NCBI GenBank assembly: GCA_041946735.1
Contig: JBHGAY010000036.1
Span: 1-40,923 of the forward strand
Length of the DNA stretch: 40,923 nucleotides
Source of the DNA: Candidatus Eiseniibacteriota bacterium
GTDB lineage: Bacteria; Eisenbacteria; RBG-16-71-46; CAIMUX01; VGJL01
Direction: 5' to 3'
A model generated the notes under the pieces. That model searched no databases. It was not told the DNA's origin and was given only the letters and a program-made list of their open reading frames with translations. The stretch's first letter is position 1, and the number at the start of each line of letters is the position of its first letter. Below, piece after piece: positions 15,792 to 26,015 of the stretch. The position numbers and the translations under genes were made by a program.

Positions 15792-18152
15792 TCAATCCGC
15801 GAGCCCGAGCCTCTCCATCAGCGCGGCCCATCGCGGATCGCCGTGCAGGCGGGCGAAGGTCGGCTCGCATTTCACGGCGGCGAGCCCGGCGTCGCGCTCG
15901 CGGACAGCCCGATCCAGCCACTCGAAGGCGGGCTCGGTCTCGCCGCGCCAGGCGTGAACCGCCGCGATCTGATAGGCCGCCTCGCGCGAATACTTCTCGA
16001 TCAACGCGCGGAGCGCGCGGTCCGACTCCTCCCGGCGTCCGGCGCTGTGCTGAGCGAGGGAAAGCCCGGTCAGCCGCGACCATTCCTCCGCTTCCTTCAT
16101 TACCTCGGCGAGCGAATCCTCGACCCTCCCCTGCTCCAGGAGGATCAGGCCGATCATCATGTGGGTCGTGATTCGTTGCGGAGCCAACTCCTCCGCCCTT
16201 CGGAATGCCTGCTCGGCCTCAGCGAACCGTCCTGCGAAGCGGCAGCTCATCCCCAGACTCAGGTAGCCGGAGACGCTCAACGGATCCTGCTCGATCGCGC
16301 GGCTGGAGAGATCGATCGCCTCCTCGATGCGGCCGAGGTCGAGCGCAAGCGACCCGGCGGCGCGCAGCACGTCGGAACGGCCGGGCGCGAGCTGCAGCGC
16401 GCGGTGATACGACGCGTCCGCGCCCTTCCAGTCCCAGTCATGGCCGACCTGGATCGCTCCGAGCGCCAGGTGGCCCTCGACGAGATTCGGCTCCAGCGCG
16501 AGCGCCCGCTGGACGGCTTCCCGCGCCCGCGCATACCCGTCGGTCACCGTCGCCCAACCATACCCCGCCTCGTGTGAGTGAGCCCTGGAGAGCGCCGCCC
16601 ACGCGAGGGCATGACCTGGATCAATCTGCAGCGCCTGGTGGAGGTACTCGATCCCCTTCGCCATATCCTCCTTTCGGAGCCGTTCGATCAGGTAACGGCC
16701 CTTGAGGAAGAGGCGATGCGCTTCGCCGCTCTCGCCGCGGCCTCTCGCGGCCGCGGCCACATCCGCTTTTGTTTCCCCGCTGGTCTTCGAATCCGACTCC
16801 TCGCCCAACAGCGTCGTGCGCAGCTCCTTCACCACCGACCGCGCGATGTCGTCCTGAACGGCGAAGATGTCGTCGAGCGTGCGGTCGTACGTTTCCGACC
16901 AGAGGTGGAATCCGTCGGAGACCTTGACCAGCTGGACGGCGATGCGGACGCGATTGCCCGACTTGCGGACGCTTCCTTCGAGAACGGTGGCGACGTTGAG
17001 CGCCCGGCCGACTTCGGCGACGGTCGCTTCCTTCCCCTTGAACGTGAAGGCGGAGGAACGCGCGGCGACGCGCAATCCCCGGATCTTGGCGAGGACGTTC
17101 AGCAGCTCGTCCGCGAGGCCGTCGGAGAAGTACTCATCGTCCTCGTCGCGGCTGCGGTTGACGAACGGCAGGACCGCGATGGAAGGGCTCTCCTTGGCAG
17201 GGGCCGGGGCAGCCGGCTGGTTTGGGCGAATCGCAGCACCGGGGGTTGACATGGTGGACGTACCGGCGTCGCCCTTCTCGATCACGCGGCGCAGCAGCTC
17301 CAGCTCGTTGCGAACATCCCTGGCCGTCTGGAGCCGGCGCTCGGGGTCCTTTTCCAGGCAGCGACCGATGACCCGTTCGAGATCGGAAGGAAGGTCGGCG
17401 CGCAGGCTGTGCACCGGCGTCGGCGGGTCGCGGAGGATCGAGGACCCGACATCGGCGGAAGTGACTCCACCGAACGGGCGCCGCCCGGTGAGCAGCTCGA
17501 AGAGGATGATCCCGAGGGAGAACAGGTCCGTCCGGGCGTCCACCGGCTCTCCCCGCAGCTGCTCGGGCGCCATGTAGGGCACCGTTCCCACGACCTGGCC
17601 CGCGGTCGAGATCGTGAGCGCCTCGGTCTCCGCCTGCGTGGCGTCCAGGCCGGAATCCCGCGCCGCGTCGGACGAGGCGAGCTTGGCGAGGCCGAAGTCC
17701 AACACCTTCACCCGTCCCTCGCGCGTCACCATCACGTTCGCCGGTTTCAAGTCCCGATGGACGATGCCGCGATCGTGGGCCGCGACCAGGGCGTCGGCGA
17801 GCGGGATCGCGATGTCGAGGACGCGCTCGAGCGGGAGCCCAGCGGGGGTCACCAATCGGTCGAGGCCCTGGCCTTCGACCAGCTCCATCGTGAGGAAGCG
17901 GGTGCCGTTCGTCTCCTCGATCGAATGCAGCATGACGATGTTGGGATGGCTGAGCGCCGCGACAGACTTCGCCTCGCGCTCGAAGCGCGCAAGGCGGCCG
18001 GGATCGGACGACACATCGCGCGGCAGGACCTTGACGGCCACGTCGCGTCCGAGCCGATGATCGCGCGCGCGATACACCTCTCCCATGCCGCCGGCTGCGA
18101 GGGCTGCCAGGATCTCGTAGGAACCGAGGCGGGTGCCAGGAGCGAGCATCAT
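15792..18152 (-). CDS. Hanks-type Ser/Thr protein kinase with TolB-like domain and TPR repeats
   Basis: AGGMGEVY, VAVKVL, HRDLKPAN, DFGLAK and GTVPYMAPE, followed by SIAVLPF..YFSDGLADELLNVL..VLEGSVR and TPR helices. Confidence 0.95.
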   Translation of the reverse strand: MMLAPGTRLGSYEILAALAAGGMGEVYRARDHRLGRDVAVKVLPRDVSSDPGRLARFEREAKSVAALSHPNIVMLHSIEETNGTRFLTMELVEGQGLDRLVTPAGLPLERVLDIAIPLADALVAAHDRGIVHRDLKPANVMVTREGRVKVLDFGLAKLASSDAARDSGLDATQAETEALTISTAGQVVGTVPYMAPEQLRGEPVDARTDLFSLGIILFELLTGRRPFGGVTSADVGSSILRDPPTPVHSLRADLPSDLERVIGRCLEKDPERRLQTARDVRNELELLRRVIEKGDAGTSTMSTPGAAIRPNQPAAPAPAKESPSIAVLPFVNRSRDEDDEYFSDGLADELLNVLAKIRGLRVAARSSAFTFKGKEATVAEVGRALNVATVLEGSVRKSGNRVRIAVQLVKVSDGFHLWSETYDRTLDDIFAVQDDIARSVVKELRTTLLGEESDSKTSGETKADVAAAARGRGESGEAHRLFLKGRYLIERLRKEDMAKGIEYLHQALQIDPGHALAWAALSRAHSHEAGYGWATVTDGYARAREAVQRALALEPNLVEGHLALGAIQVGHDWDWKGADASYHRALQLAPGRSDVLRAAGSLALDLGRIEEAIDLSSRAIEQDPLSVSGYLSLGMSCRFAGRFAEAEQAFRRAEELAPQRITTHMMIGLILLEQGRVEDSLAEVMKEAEEWSRLTGLSLAQHSAGRREESDRALRALIEKYSREAAYQIAAVHAWRGETEPAFEWLDRAVRERDAGLAAVKCEPTFARLHGDPRWAALMERLGLAD

Positions 18153-18372
18153 GTCCGTTCGCCGGGCCTCCTTGCAGCTCTGCAGCACCGAGAAATCTCG
18201 CCGAATCCCGATCCGTTGGGGAAACGGGCGAGCCTACGCTCCTCGGCACCCCTATTTCATCTCTATCTTCGCCGGGCGTCTCTGAGACGCGAGGGATGCG
18301 ATTGGGCCCGCGGCCACGAGGTGAGCAGGCGCCGGATCCGCCGGCGTCGACGACGCCCGAGCGCCCTCTCCC

Positions 18373-19209
18373 TTACTCGGGCTTCAAGATCCTCAGGATC
18401 TCCCCGGGCGGCAAGGCTTCCCCGAAAGCGGTGAACGTCCCCGAATCGAGGACCTCGCGTGCCGCGCGATACACGGCTCCCCACGCGACGCGTGCCAGCG
18501 CTCCCCCGACGCTGATACGCCGGACTCCGAGCTGCGCCAGTTCCGCAACGGTCGTGAAGTCCGACGCGACAAGAACGTTGACCGGCTTGGGCGCAACCGC
18601 GCCGACGATTGCCACGATCTGCTGAGTCTCATGGATCCCCGGCGCGTAGAGGCAGTCGGCCCCCGCCTCGGCATAGGCGGTCAGCCTCCGGATCGTGTCG
18701 TACAGCTCGGGCCGCCCCGCGACGAATCCCTCCGAGCGCGCCGTCAGGATCACGCCGGTGCGGCTCTCGTCGATCGCCTGACGCGCCGCCGCCACGCGTT
18801 CGACCGACAGTGCGAAATCAAAGAGAGGGTCGGCAGGATTTCCGGTCGAATCCTCGATCGACAGCCCCGCGATGCCGGTCTCGACTGCGGCGGTCACGTT
18901 TTTGGCAACATCCGCCGGCTCGATCGCGAAGCCTCCCTCGAAGTCGGCGTTCACGGGGATCTTCACGGCATCCGCGACGGAGCGCAGGTGGGCGAGCGCC
19001 TCGTCAAGAGTGACCCGGTTGTCGAGCCGGCCGAGCGTCCACGCAAACCCGGCACTCGTCGTCGCGATCGCCCGGAAGCCGACATGCTCGAGCAGGCGCG
19101 CGGTCCCGAGATCCCAAGGATTCGGGAGGATGAAGCAGCCCGAGGTGTGGAGTTTGCGGAACGCTTCGCGACGCGCGTCGGCCCAATCGAGCGAACTCGA
19201 GCGATTCAT
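18373..19209 (-). CDS. Isocitrate lyase/PEP mutase family protein
   Basis: LPNPWD, IATTSAG, PVNADFEGGF, GLSIEDS, AEAGADCLYAPG, GVRRISVG. Confidence 0.92.
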   Translation of the reverse strand: MNRSSSLDWADARREAFRKLHTSGCFILPNPWDLGTARLLEHVGFRAIATTSAGFAWTLGRLDNRVTLDEALAHLRSVADAVKIPVNADFEGGFAIEPADVAKNVTAAVETGIAGLSIEDSTGNPADPLFDFALSVERVAAARQAIDESRTGVILTARSEGFVAGRPELYDTIRRLTAYAEAGADCLYAPGIHETQQIVAIVGAVAPKPVNVLVASDFTTVAELAQLGVRRISVGGALARVAWGAVYRAAREVLDSGTFTAFGEALPPGEILRILKPE

Positions 19210-19534
19210 GATGCTGTCCCCTGGCGGGAGGATGGGCGGCCGGGTCGGTCCCGCCGAAACGAATCGGATTGTAGCGGGAGACGGCCGCCGGAATCACGCA
19301 GCGTCCACCCATCAGGGAGTCATGCGGGGGCATGACGCCGCGCTCTACGAAAGCACAGCGACGGGACAGACCCGAGGAGGAACGAGGAGGAGGGCAGAAG
19401 GCCGGAGACGGGTACGAACGTCTGCCCATACGCGTTTATGCGGATGGGCGGATCCACCATAGGCCGGCCAGGCTTCGCGCTTCTACGCTCCTGGCTCTCC
19501 CCCCCTCGCCGGAAGACCCGCTGCCGGCCGCGGA

Positions 19535-20290
19535 TCAGAACGTCACGCCGATGCCGAGGTTCAGACCCGCCAGGGTGAAGTCCATCTCGTCGTCGTTCTT
19601 GTCGCTGTCGAGCTGCCAGGCCACGCGTCGATAGCCGAGGCGGGCGGCCACGTTCCTTAGGAAGCGATACTGGATCTGGGGCTGCATCTCGTAAACGAGC
19701 TTCGAGTCGCCCCCTCCACCGATGGCTGCCAGCAAGTTCAGGCGTAGACCTTGGATCTTCGAGGGGAAGATCGGAATGCCCGCCCGCATCGCGAACATGG
19801 GATCCACGATGTCGCTCGTCTTGCTGTAGTCCGTCGGATCGCCGTACACGACGAGGTCGTTCTCGGCGCGCAGGTAGCGCAGAGTCAGCAGCAGGTCGTA
19901 CGTCTGCCCCTCCATCCACCCGTCGATCTGATATCCCGCCCCGATCTCGGTCAGGAACATGTCCGATTCCATCTCGCCGCCTTCCGGACGGTCCTTCACG
20001 TCCAGGGCATCGGTGCTCAGCCCGAAGTAGTCGAACTGCGTGCGGCAGACCCAACGCTCGTATTGCACGGTCCCGATCACGCCGCCCGCGAACTGGACGT
20101 AGTCGAAGAGATCGCCCGCCGACTTGTCGAAGTCGGTCTCCTGCCCGCCGACCGTCACGGTCCCCTCGATCCCGGCGATCCAGGCGCATGGCGTGATCTC
20201 CACCTGCCACCCTTGCGGATCCGCCGCCTGGGCGATGGATACTGCGCCGAGCAGCGCCGCGATGCACGCCGCCGCGATTCTCGTGTTCAT
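19535..20290 (-). CDS. Outer-membrane beta-barrel protein
   Basis: Signal peptide ending AQA; WQVEITP.AW..GIEG N-motif; amphipathic strands; terminal GLNLGIGVTF. Alternative start at 20299. Confidence 0.8.
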   Translation of the reverse strand: MNTRIAAACIAALLGAVSIAQAADPQGWQVEITPCAWIAGIEGTVTVGGQETDFDKSAGDLFDYVQFAGGVIGTVQYERWVCRTQFDYFGLSTDALDVKDRPEGGEMESDMFLTEIGAGYQIDGWMEGQTYDLLLTLRYLRAENDLVVYGDPTDYSKTSDIVDPMFAMRAGIPIFPSKIQGLRLNLLAAIGGGGDSKLVYEMQPQIQYRFLRNVAARLGYRRVAWQLDSDKNDDEMDFTLAGLNLGIGVTF

Positions 20291-20380
20291 TGCGACCATC
20301 CTTTCCTCGTCGTGCCGCCCCTCGGGGAGGACGCCTGCGCCCGCCGCAGCAGCGCTACGACCAGCCCGAGCGGTCGCCCG

Positions 20381-21664
20381 TCAGAACGTCTCCTGGAAGC
20401 CGGCCCAAATCCCGCGAGAGCCGTTCTTGCCGAAGCCGACATCGAGACACAGGTTCGATTTGGCCTGCTTGTCGAGGAGAATGCGAAGGCCAGCGCCACC
20501 TCCCGTCGCGAAGGAGTCGAAGAGCTTCTCCCCGGTCATCTCCGTCGCGAACGTCTCTGTGTTGACGAATCCGACGGCGCCGAGCAGCCCATTGCGCGTG
20601 ATCGTCACGCGGTACTCGATCTCTCCATACGCCATCTTGTCGCCGCGATAGCGGCTCGCGTCGTAACCGCGTCCGGCGCGCCCGCGCGGAGTCGCCCCGG
20701 TCGTCGGCAGGTCGAAATAGGGCGCGGCGCCGCCGGTAACGAGGTCGCCGTAGAGCCAGAGTCCCAGTCGGTGGCGCGCGTTCGCATCGAGGGCGTGATA
20801 GGTGCGAAAGTCCGCATACAGCTCCTGCCAGTCCGAGCTGCCACCCAGGAAGTCCTTGAAGAACATGCGGTAGTTCGCGCTCGCGAACCAGCCGCGAGAA
20901 GCGTTCACGGGATGGTCCCGCCGGTCGATCAGGAGATTGGCGCTCGCGCCCGCCGCCGTCTGGTTCCTCATCCCGAGTCCATGCTCACGGCTGTACCGGA
21001 CGAAGGCGGAGTTGTCCCATACGGGCGCCGGCACGTCCATCGACTCGATGCTCGTGCGCGTCACGTACTGGCAGCCGAGCCCCGTGAAGAGGTCGGGAAG
21101 GATCTGCCGGTAGACCAGGAGCAGGACTTTCGTCATGTAGAGGTCCACGCCCATCTTGCTCGCATCGGGAGAATCGGTGCCGAGGTCGTAGGTGGATTGC
21201 GGATATTTCGCCCACGTGGGATTCGCCTGGATGAACCAGCGATTGCGATCGGAATAGTAATCGAGCTTGGAGCTCACTCCGATCTGCTTCTCGAGCGAGA
21301 CCGTGCCGCCCGCCTGCAGTGTGGAGGGGAAGGTCGTTCCAGGATCCCCGTGGAAGATCGAGGTCAGGAAGCCCAGGCCGAAAATCACGCTCGTGACCGG
21401 ATCGTAGTTGAGGAAGGGGGTCACGAGGATCGTCCGGTGGCCTCCGACCGTCACGGTGTCTTTAAGAGACGTCTCCTTGCCCCGCAGCTTCCGGAGGACA
21501 TCCATCGCGTCCGTTTGTGGTGGCACGGGCGACACTCGCGCGGCTTCGGTTTGCGGCTCGGATTCGGCTCGCGCGTCGCCTCCGCGTGCGCCCTCGGCCC
21601 GTGAGACCGGGTGTGCGAGAACGATCGTGGTGAGCAGCGCGAGGCAGGTGCGGCAACCCCGCAT
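20381..21664 (-). CDS. BamA/TamA (Omp85) family barrel protein without evident POTRA domains
   Basis: Signal peptide; DRRDHPVNASRGW; GRGY...RYRG (VRGF/Y-like loop); GGGAGLR; terminal GFQETF. Confidence 0.85.
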   Translation of the reverse strand: MRGCRTCLALLTTIVLAHPVSRAEGARGGDARAESEPQTEAARVSPVPPQTDAMDVLRKLRGKETSLKDTVTVGGHRTILVTPFLNYDPVTSVIFGLGFLTSIFHGDPGTTFPSTLQAGGTVSLEKQIGVSSKLDYYSDRNRWFIQANPTWAKYPQSTYDLGTDSPDASKMGVDLYMTKVLLLVYRQILPDLFTGLGCQYVTRTSIESMDVPAPVWDNSAFVRYSREHGLGMRNQTAAGASANLLIDRRDHPVNASRGWFASANYRMFFKDFLGGSSDWQELYADFRTYHALDANARHRLGLWLYGDLVTGGAAPYFDLPTTGATPRGRAGRGYDASRYRGDKMAYGEIEYRVTITRNGLLGAVGFVNTETFATEMTGEKLFDSFATGGGAGLRILLDKQAKSNLCLDVGFGKNGSRGIWAGFQETF

Positions 21665-21673
21665 GTTCCTCTC

Positions 21674-22153
21674 CTATTCCGGCTCGACTTCGACCAGCGG
21701 GATGAGGTCCGCGGCCTCGTAGCGGAGCGTCGCGTCGATCTTGTTCTCGATCTGGAAGAAACGGGTGACCGACTTTTGCGGGAGAATCTCCCGGAACTCG
21801 TCGACCCATTCGGCCTTGATCTTCAGCTCGTCTCTCTGAACGGCAAGGAAGTCGTCGAGCAGGCTGGCCGCCTGTTCCTCCGAGAGGTTCTCGGCGTCCT
21901 TCGCGTACTCCAGCATGATGTCGATCAGGCGATCCCCCTGCTTCTGGATCTCCTCTCGGTACTCGCGATACAGCGGCCAGAATGCAGCCGCCTCCTCCTC
22001 GGTGAGCGGCAGGTTCGCCGCGACGATTGCCTGGCGGTCGCTCTGAAGCTGCGCTCGCTCCGTCGCCAGCTCGCTCCGGATTTGTGCGCACGCGGGAGAG
22101 AAGACGAACAACGTGAGCCCGATGGCCAGCAAGGCACACACGATCTTGCCCAT
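21674..22153 (-). CDS. Exported helical protein (Spy/CpxP-like pattern)
   Basis: Signal peptide ending PACA-Q; IVAANLPLTEEEAAAFWPLYREY..ILPQKSVTRFFQIENKI. Confidence 0.75.
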   Translation of the reverse strand: MGKIVCALLAIGLTLFVFSPACAQIRSELATERAQLQSDRQAIVAANLPLTEEEAAAFWPLYREYREEIQKQGDRLIDIMLEYAKDAENLSEEQAASLLDDFLAVQRDELKIKAEWVDEFREILPQKSVTRFFQIENKIDATLRYEAADLIPLVEVEPE

Positions 22154-22247
22154 TTTGTGACCCCCTGCTTCTTGGATGGGCGGCGGCGCGGACGCGGCCG
22201 GGTCCGGACGGAAGGGCCGAGAGGGCGCGCGGCCGGATCCCGAGCGA

Positions 22248-23267
22248 TCAGAAACCGATGCCGAAGTTCAAACCGATCGACTGCCCCTGGAACCGATCTT
22301 CGGCCGAGAACTCGAACAGGAAACGAAGGCTCGCAGAGAGGCGCAGAGGCGTGTAGATCGCGCCGGCCTGGAATCCCGCTCCGTGCACCTGATCCTTCAC
22401 CTCGGCATTTCGAGCGTCGTCGCCGCTGTCTTCGCTGATCTGCCAGCTGTCATAGCCGGCGATGCCCACGTCGCCGATCAGGGTGTTGTCCTTCTTGAGC
22501 GGCAGGTACTCGCTCACGCCCCAGTTGAAGGCGAGACTCTGCCCCGGCGTCAGATCGAAGTCCTGTTTCTCGGAGTGGACTTCCCAGGTCAGCCCGCCCA
22601 CAACTGCCATCCGCCTATCAGGCCAGGGGAACCAGGCGCCCGCTCCCTGGAACTGGTGCGTCCAGAACCCGAGGCCGATGTTCTCCCGCGACTCGGCGGT
22701 GAATGTTCCGACGTCGGGAATCGTCACTTCCTCGGTGTCGTATTTGCCGACGGGAAGGTACACCCCGTAGCCGAGCGCGACCGCCAAGTGGGGCTTGTTC
22801 CATCCGAGCCAGAGCGGCTGGACGAACATGTCGCTCAGCCCGAACTGAGATTCTTCTCCACTTCGGGCCGTGCCCGTGGCTGTCGTCAGCGATGCGCCGA
22901 TGCTGGTGTTGGCCAGCGGGACGAGAGCGTAAGCCCCGTATCGTGCCCCGAGGATTTTGTAGTCCGAAGACCACATGGCACCGGGAGCGACGATGTACAG
23001 ATCGAGATCCACGTCGAGGTCGACCGGAACGACCGTTGTCGGATCGACGGGCACGGCGATCTGCTTGATCTCGTCGCCGTTCTTGTCGTTGATCCGATCG
23101 CTCATGTACGAGTAGGTGTAGACGACGCCGTAGATCCCCGGGTCGGGCAGGATGAGATCGCGAATGCTGGGCAGGCCCGGGCTATAATGTCCAACTTCGC
23201 TCGCGTGCGCGGCAAGAGGGGCAGCGACCGCGAGCATGACGAGCGCAATGCTCCGAATCGTCTTCAT
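22248..23267 (-). CDS. SphA / phenol-MetA-pathway family outer-membrane channel
   Basis: GGAGG SD; signal peptide ending AHA; LPDPGIY, GLSDMFVQPLWLGW, YLPVGKYD, NIGLGFW; terminal F. Confidence 0.85.
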   Translation of the reverse strand: MKTIRSIALVMLAVAAPLAAHASEVGHYSPGLPSIRDLILPDPGIYGVVYTYSYMSDRINDKNGDEIKQIAVPVDPTTVVPVDLDVDLDLYIVAPGAMWSSDYKILGARYGAYALVPLANTSIGASLTTATGTARSGEESQFGLSDMFVQPLWLGWNKPHLAVALGYGVYLPVGKYDTEEVTIPDVGTFTAESRENIGLGFWTHQFQGAGAWFPWPDRRMAVVGGLTWEVHSEKQDFDLTPGQSLAFNWGVSEYLPLKKDNTLIGDVGIAGYDSWQISEDSGDDARNAEVKDQVHGAGFQAGAIYTPLRLSASLRFLFEFSAEDRFQGQSIGLNFGIGF

Positions 23268-23440
23268 GCTCTGACCTCCTCCGAAATGCGATTGGTATCG
23301 CGACGGGCATCTTACGGAATCTTCATGCGCACGGCAATCGGCAAAAGGGCCCCCTCCATTAGCCCGCCATCGTGGGATCCGATGACCCGATCGAGTCGGT
23401 GAGTCCCTCCGCGAACCGCACCATTCTCGTGTCATTCCTG

Positions 23441-23454
23441 CAAAGTTCACTTTG
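23441..23454. promoter_or_regulatory. Palindromic candidate operator in the divergent intergenic region
   Basis: CAAAGT-TC-ACTTTG is a perfect inverted repeat in an AT-rich patch between the divergent operons. Confidence 0.35.
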
Positions 23455-23508
23455 TTTGCGCCAATGGATAGCTTACTGAGGAATAGTGAAAAGGCTCTCG
23501 CGCCGTGC

Positions 23509-23537
23509 TTGACGTCGGAATGACGCAGCCGTAACTT
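23509..23537 (+). promoter_or_regulatory. Candidate sigma70 promoter of the sulfatase operon
   Basis: TTGACG (23509-23514), 17 nt, TAACTT (23532-23537). Confidence 0.45.
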
Positions 23538-23780
23538 CGTCGCCGGCGGTCCTATTCCGCCGGCCCACTTTCCTGTTGGTGGGAGGTGCGAAGGGTGAAT
23601 CGCTTGCCACTCGTACGTCAGAGTCCTCGCAAGCTGGAAAGGCTGCCCCTGTTCGAGCGCTTCATGCATCCCGGGCTCAGGCCGATCCACCCCGCCCAAC
23701 TCGCCGGATAAAGAGGAGAGGTCCTCCCGGTTGGCCGCGCATCGCGCGGACCGAGCGGACGGCGTGAAAAAGGAGGGATC

Positions 23781-24698
23781 ATGAGACGGACGCGCCTTTC
23801 GAGGCGGAGGGTGGTGAGGCTGTCCCGCGCGGGAGCTTGGGGTGCGGTCGGGTCAGCGCTCGCGGCAGGAGGACCCCTCGTGGCCGCCGCCACCCTGGTC
23901 GCGGCATTTGCTAGCTGCGATCCGGCCTCAGCCCAAGACAGTGGATCGTCCACGGCGGCCGAGCAGCAGAAGGTGGCCAAGGATCTGAGCAATCCCGTGG
24001 CCGACATGGCGAGCATCCCGCTTCAGTTCAACTGGGAGAGCGGCGTCGGCGACCCGCAGGATCTCCGGTTGATCCTGAACATCCAGCCCGTGGTTCCGTT
24101 CTCTCTCAACTCCAATTGGGTCCTGGTCGGGCGGTTCATCATGCCGTACATGAACCAGCCGGCCGGGCTGATGGGAGAAACGGCCTCGGGCACCGGGGAC
24201 ATCATCGCCTCTGCGTTCTTCACACCAAAGAGGTCGCCGGTCGTCTGTGGTTTCGGGCCCGTGTTCGGCCTCCCCACCACCACAAATCCCCTTCTCGGTT
24301 CGGGCAAGTGGATGATGGGGCCGACTGCCGTCGTCTTGAAGCAAAAAGGTCCATTGTCGATCGGGTTCCTTGGGAACCATCTCTGGTCGATCTCCGACAC
24401 GGGCGATATCGAGCGGAAGGACGTGAGCCAGACATTCCTGCAGCCGTTCCTGACCTTCACGACAAGGACGGCGTGGACCTTCGGAATCAACACCGAGAGC
24501 ACCTATGACTGGAAGGCCCCGGACGGAGAAGAGTGGACGGTCCCGATTCACGCGTGGGTGAGCAAGGTCACACGGATGGGGCCGTTCCCGTTCTCGGTCG
24601 CTCTCGGCGGGGGCTACTTCGTCGAGTCCCCGGATATGGGAGCGGACTGGAAGCTCCGAACGGCGTTCACGCTCATTCTCCCGAAGGGCAAGAGCTAG
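23781..24698 (+). CDS. Putative outer-membrane barrel/transporter (family often mislabelled 'neuromedin U') found in sulfatase clusters
   Basis: AAGGAGG SD; long leader; AKDLSNPVADMASIPLQFN, LNIQPVVPFSLN, GSGKW..GPTAVVL, QPFL, YDW..WTVP. Confidence 0.85.
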   Translation: MRRTRLSRRRVVRLSRAGAWGAVGSALAAGGPLVAAATLVAAFASCDPASAQDSGSSTAAEQQKVAKDLSNPVADMASIPLQFNWESGVGDPQDLRLILNIQPVVPFSLNSNWVLVGRFIMPYMNQPAGLMGETASGTGDIIASAFFTPKRSPVVCGFGPVFGLPTTTNPLLGSGKWMMGPTAVVLKQKGPLSIGFLGNHLWSISDTGDIERKDVSQTFLQPFLTFTTRTAWTFGINTESTYDWKAPDGEEWTVPIHAWVSKVTRMGPFPFSVALGGGYFVESPDMGADWKLRTAFTLILPKGKS

Positions 24699-24737
24699 GC
24701 GAATCGAGACGCGCTCGATTGGGATCGGAGGCGGATT

Positions 24738-26015
24738 GTGGCACCTCAGAGGATGTATCGGGGAAGGCCGGTCGTGCGAATCCACGCCATGGTCAAGCCT
24801 ATCGGCGCGACGTGCAACCTCGACTGCAAGTACTGCTATTACCTGAGCAAGCAGAATCTCCTCGGTCCCCAGGCCGGCGCCCACATCTCCGACGAGATGC
24901 TCGAGACGTTCATTCGCCAGTACATCGAGGGCCAGAACTACAAGGAGATCATCTTCTCTTGGCAGGGGGGCGAGCCGACCCTGCTTGGCCTGGACTTCTT
25001 CCGCAAGGTCGTCGCGCTGGAGAAGAAGTACTGCCCCCCGCACGTGCGTTGCGAGAACGACCTGCAGACCAACGGCACGCTGCTCGACGAGCAGTGGTGC
25101 GAGTTCCTGCGCGACAACGGCTTCCTCGTCGGCCTGAGCATGGACGGGCCGCGCGCGCTCCACGATGCCAATCGCAAGGACAAGGCCGGCGGCGGGTCGT
25201 TCGACCGGGTGTTCCGCGCGTCGTCGCTCCTCCGTCGGTTCGGAGTGCGGTTCGCCACCCTCTCTTGCATCAACAGGCTGACCGCGAAGTATCCCGCCGA
25301 GGTGTATCGCTTCCTCCGCGACGAGGTCGGATCGAAGCGGATGCAGTTCATCCCGGTCGTGGAGCCGAAGGGGTTCGAGCGGACGGCGCCGCAATACTGG
25401 CCTCCGGAGCGGGTGCCGGTCGTAGGCAGCGCGGCGGCGCGGCCCGGCACGGCGGACTCGGTCGTCGAGGAGTGGTCTGTGGACCCCGACGATTGGGGCG
25501 ACTTCCTCTGCGAGGTGTTCGACATCTGGCACGCGAACGATCTCGGCAAGGTCTACGTCCACTACTTCGACGCCGCCGTCGAGGCGTGGATGGGGCGAGT
25601 CAATCCGCTATGCAGCCTGGGGCCGATGTGCGGCAAGGGCCTGGCTCTCGAGCGAGACGGAAGCGTCTATGCGTGCGACCACTATGTCTATCCGGAGTAC
25701 CGGCTCGGGAACATCGGCGTCACCCCGCTCGCCGACCTGGCCTTTACCCCGCAACAGGAGGCCTTCGGGAAGAACAAGGAAGCCTCGCTGCCGTGGGCGT
25801 GTCGAGAATGCTCCTATGAGTTCGCGTGCTTCGGGGAATGCCCGAAGAACCGCTTCGTCATGACGGCGAGCGGCGAGCGGGGCCTGAACTATCTCTGCCC
25901 AGGCTGGAAGCGATTCTGGGCCCACATCGACGAACCGATCCAGAAGATCGTCCGCAGTCTCGGCCACACGCCGGTAAAGCAGCTCCTCTACTCCACGGAA
26001 TCGGAGACGGAATGA
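24738..26015 (+). CDS. Anaerobic sulfatase-maturating enzyme (anSME; radical SAM/SPASM, AtsB/AslB/ChuR family)
   Basis: KPIGATCNLDCKYCYY, WQGGEP, LQTNGTLL and GLSMDG; SPASM cysteines C..C..DGSVYACDHYV..CREC...CFGECPK..YLC. Confidence 0.95.
   Translation: MAPQRMYRGRPVVRIHAMVKPIGATCNLDCKYCYYLSKQNLLGPQAGAHISDEMLETFIRQYIEGQNYKEIIFSWQGGEPTLLGLDFFRKVVALEKKYCPPHVRCENDLQTNGTLLDEQWCEFLRDNGFLVGLSMDGPRALHDANRKDKAGGGSFDRVFRASSLLRRFGVRFATLSCINRLTAKYPAEVYRFLRDEVGSKRMQFIPVVEPKGFERTAPQYWPPERVPVVGSAAARPGTADSVVEEWSVDPDDWGDFLCEVFDIWHANDLGKVYVHYFDAAVEAWMGRVNPLCSLGPMCGKGLALERDGSVYACDHYVYPEYRLGNIGVTPLADLAFTPQQEAFGKNKEASLPWACRECSYEFACFGECPKNRFVMTASGERGLNYLCPGWKRFWAHIDEPIQKIVRSLGHTPVKQLLYSTESETE

Noticed and set aside
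13238..26015. RiPP cluster built on the radical SAM enzymes
   Set aside because: The SPASM enzyme has clear anSME motifs and adjacent sulfatase substrates. No precursor peptide or RRE gene was seen near either enzyme.
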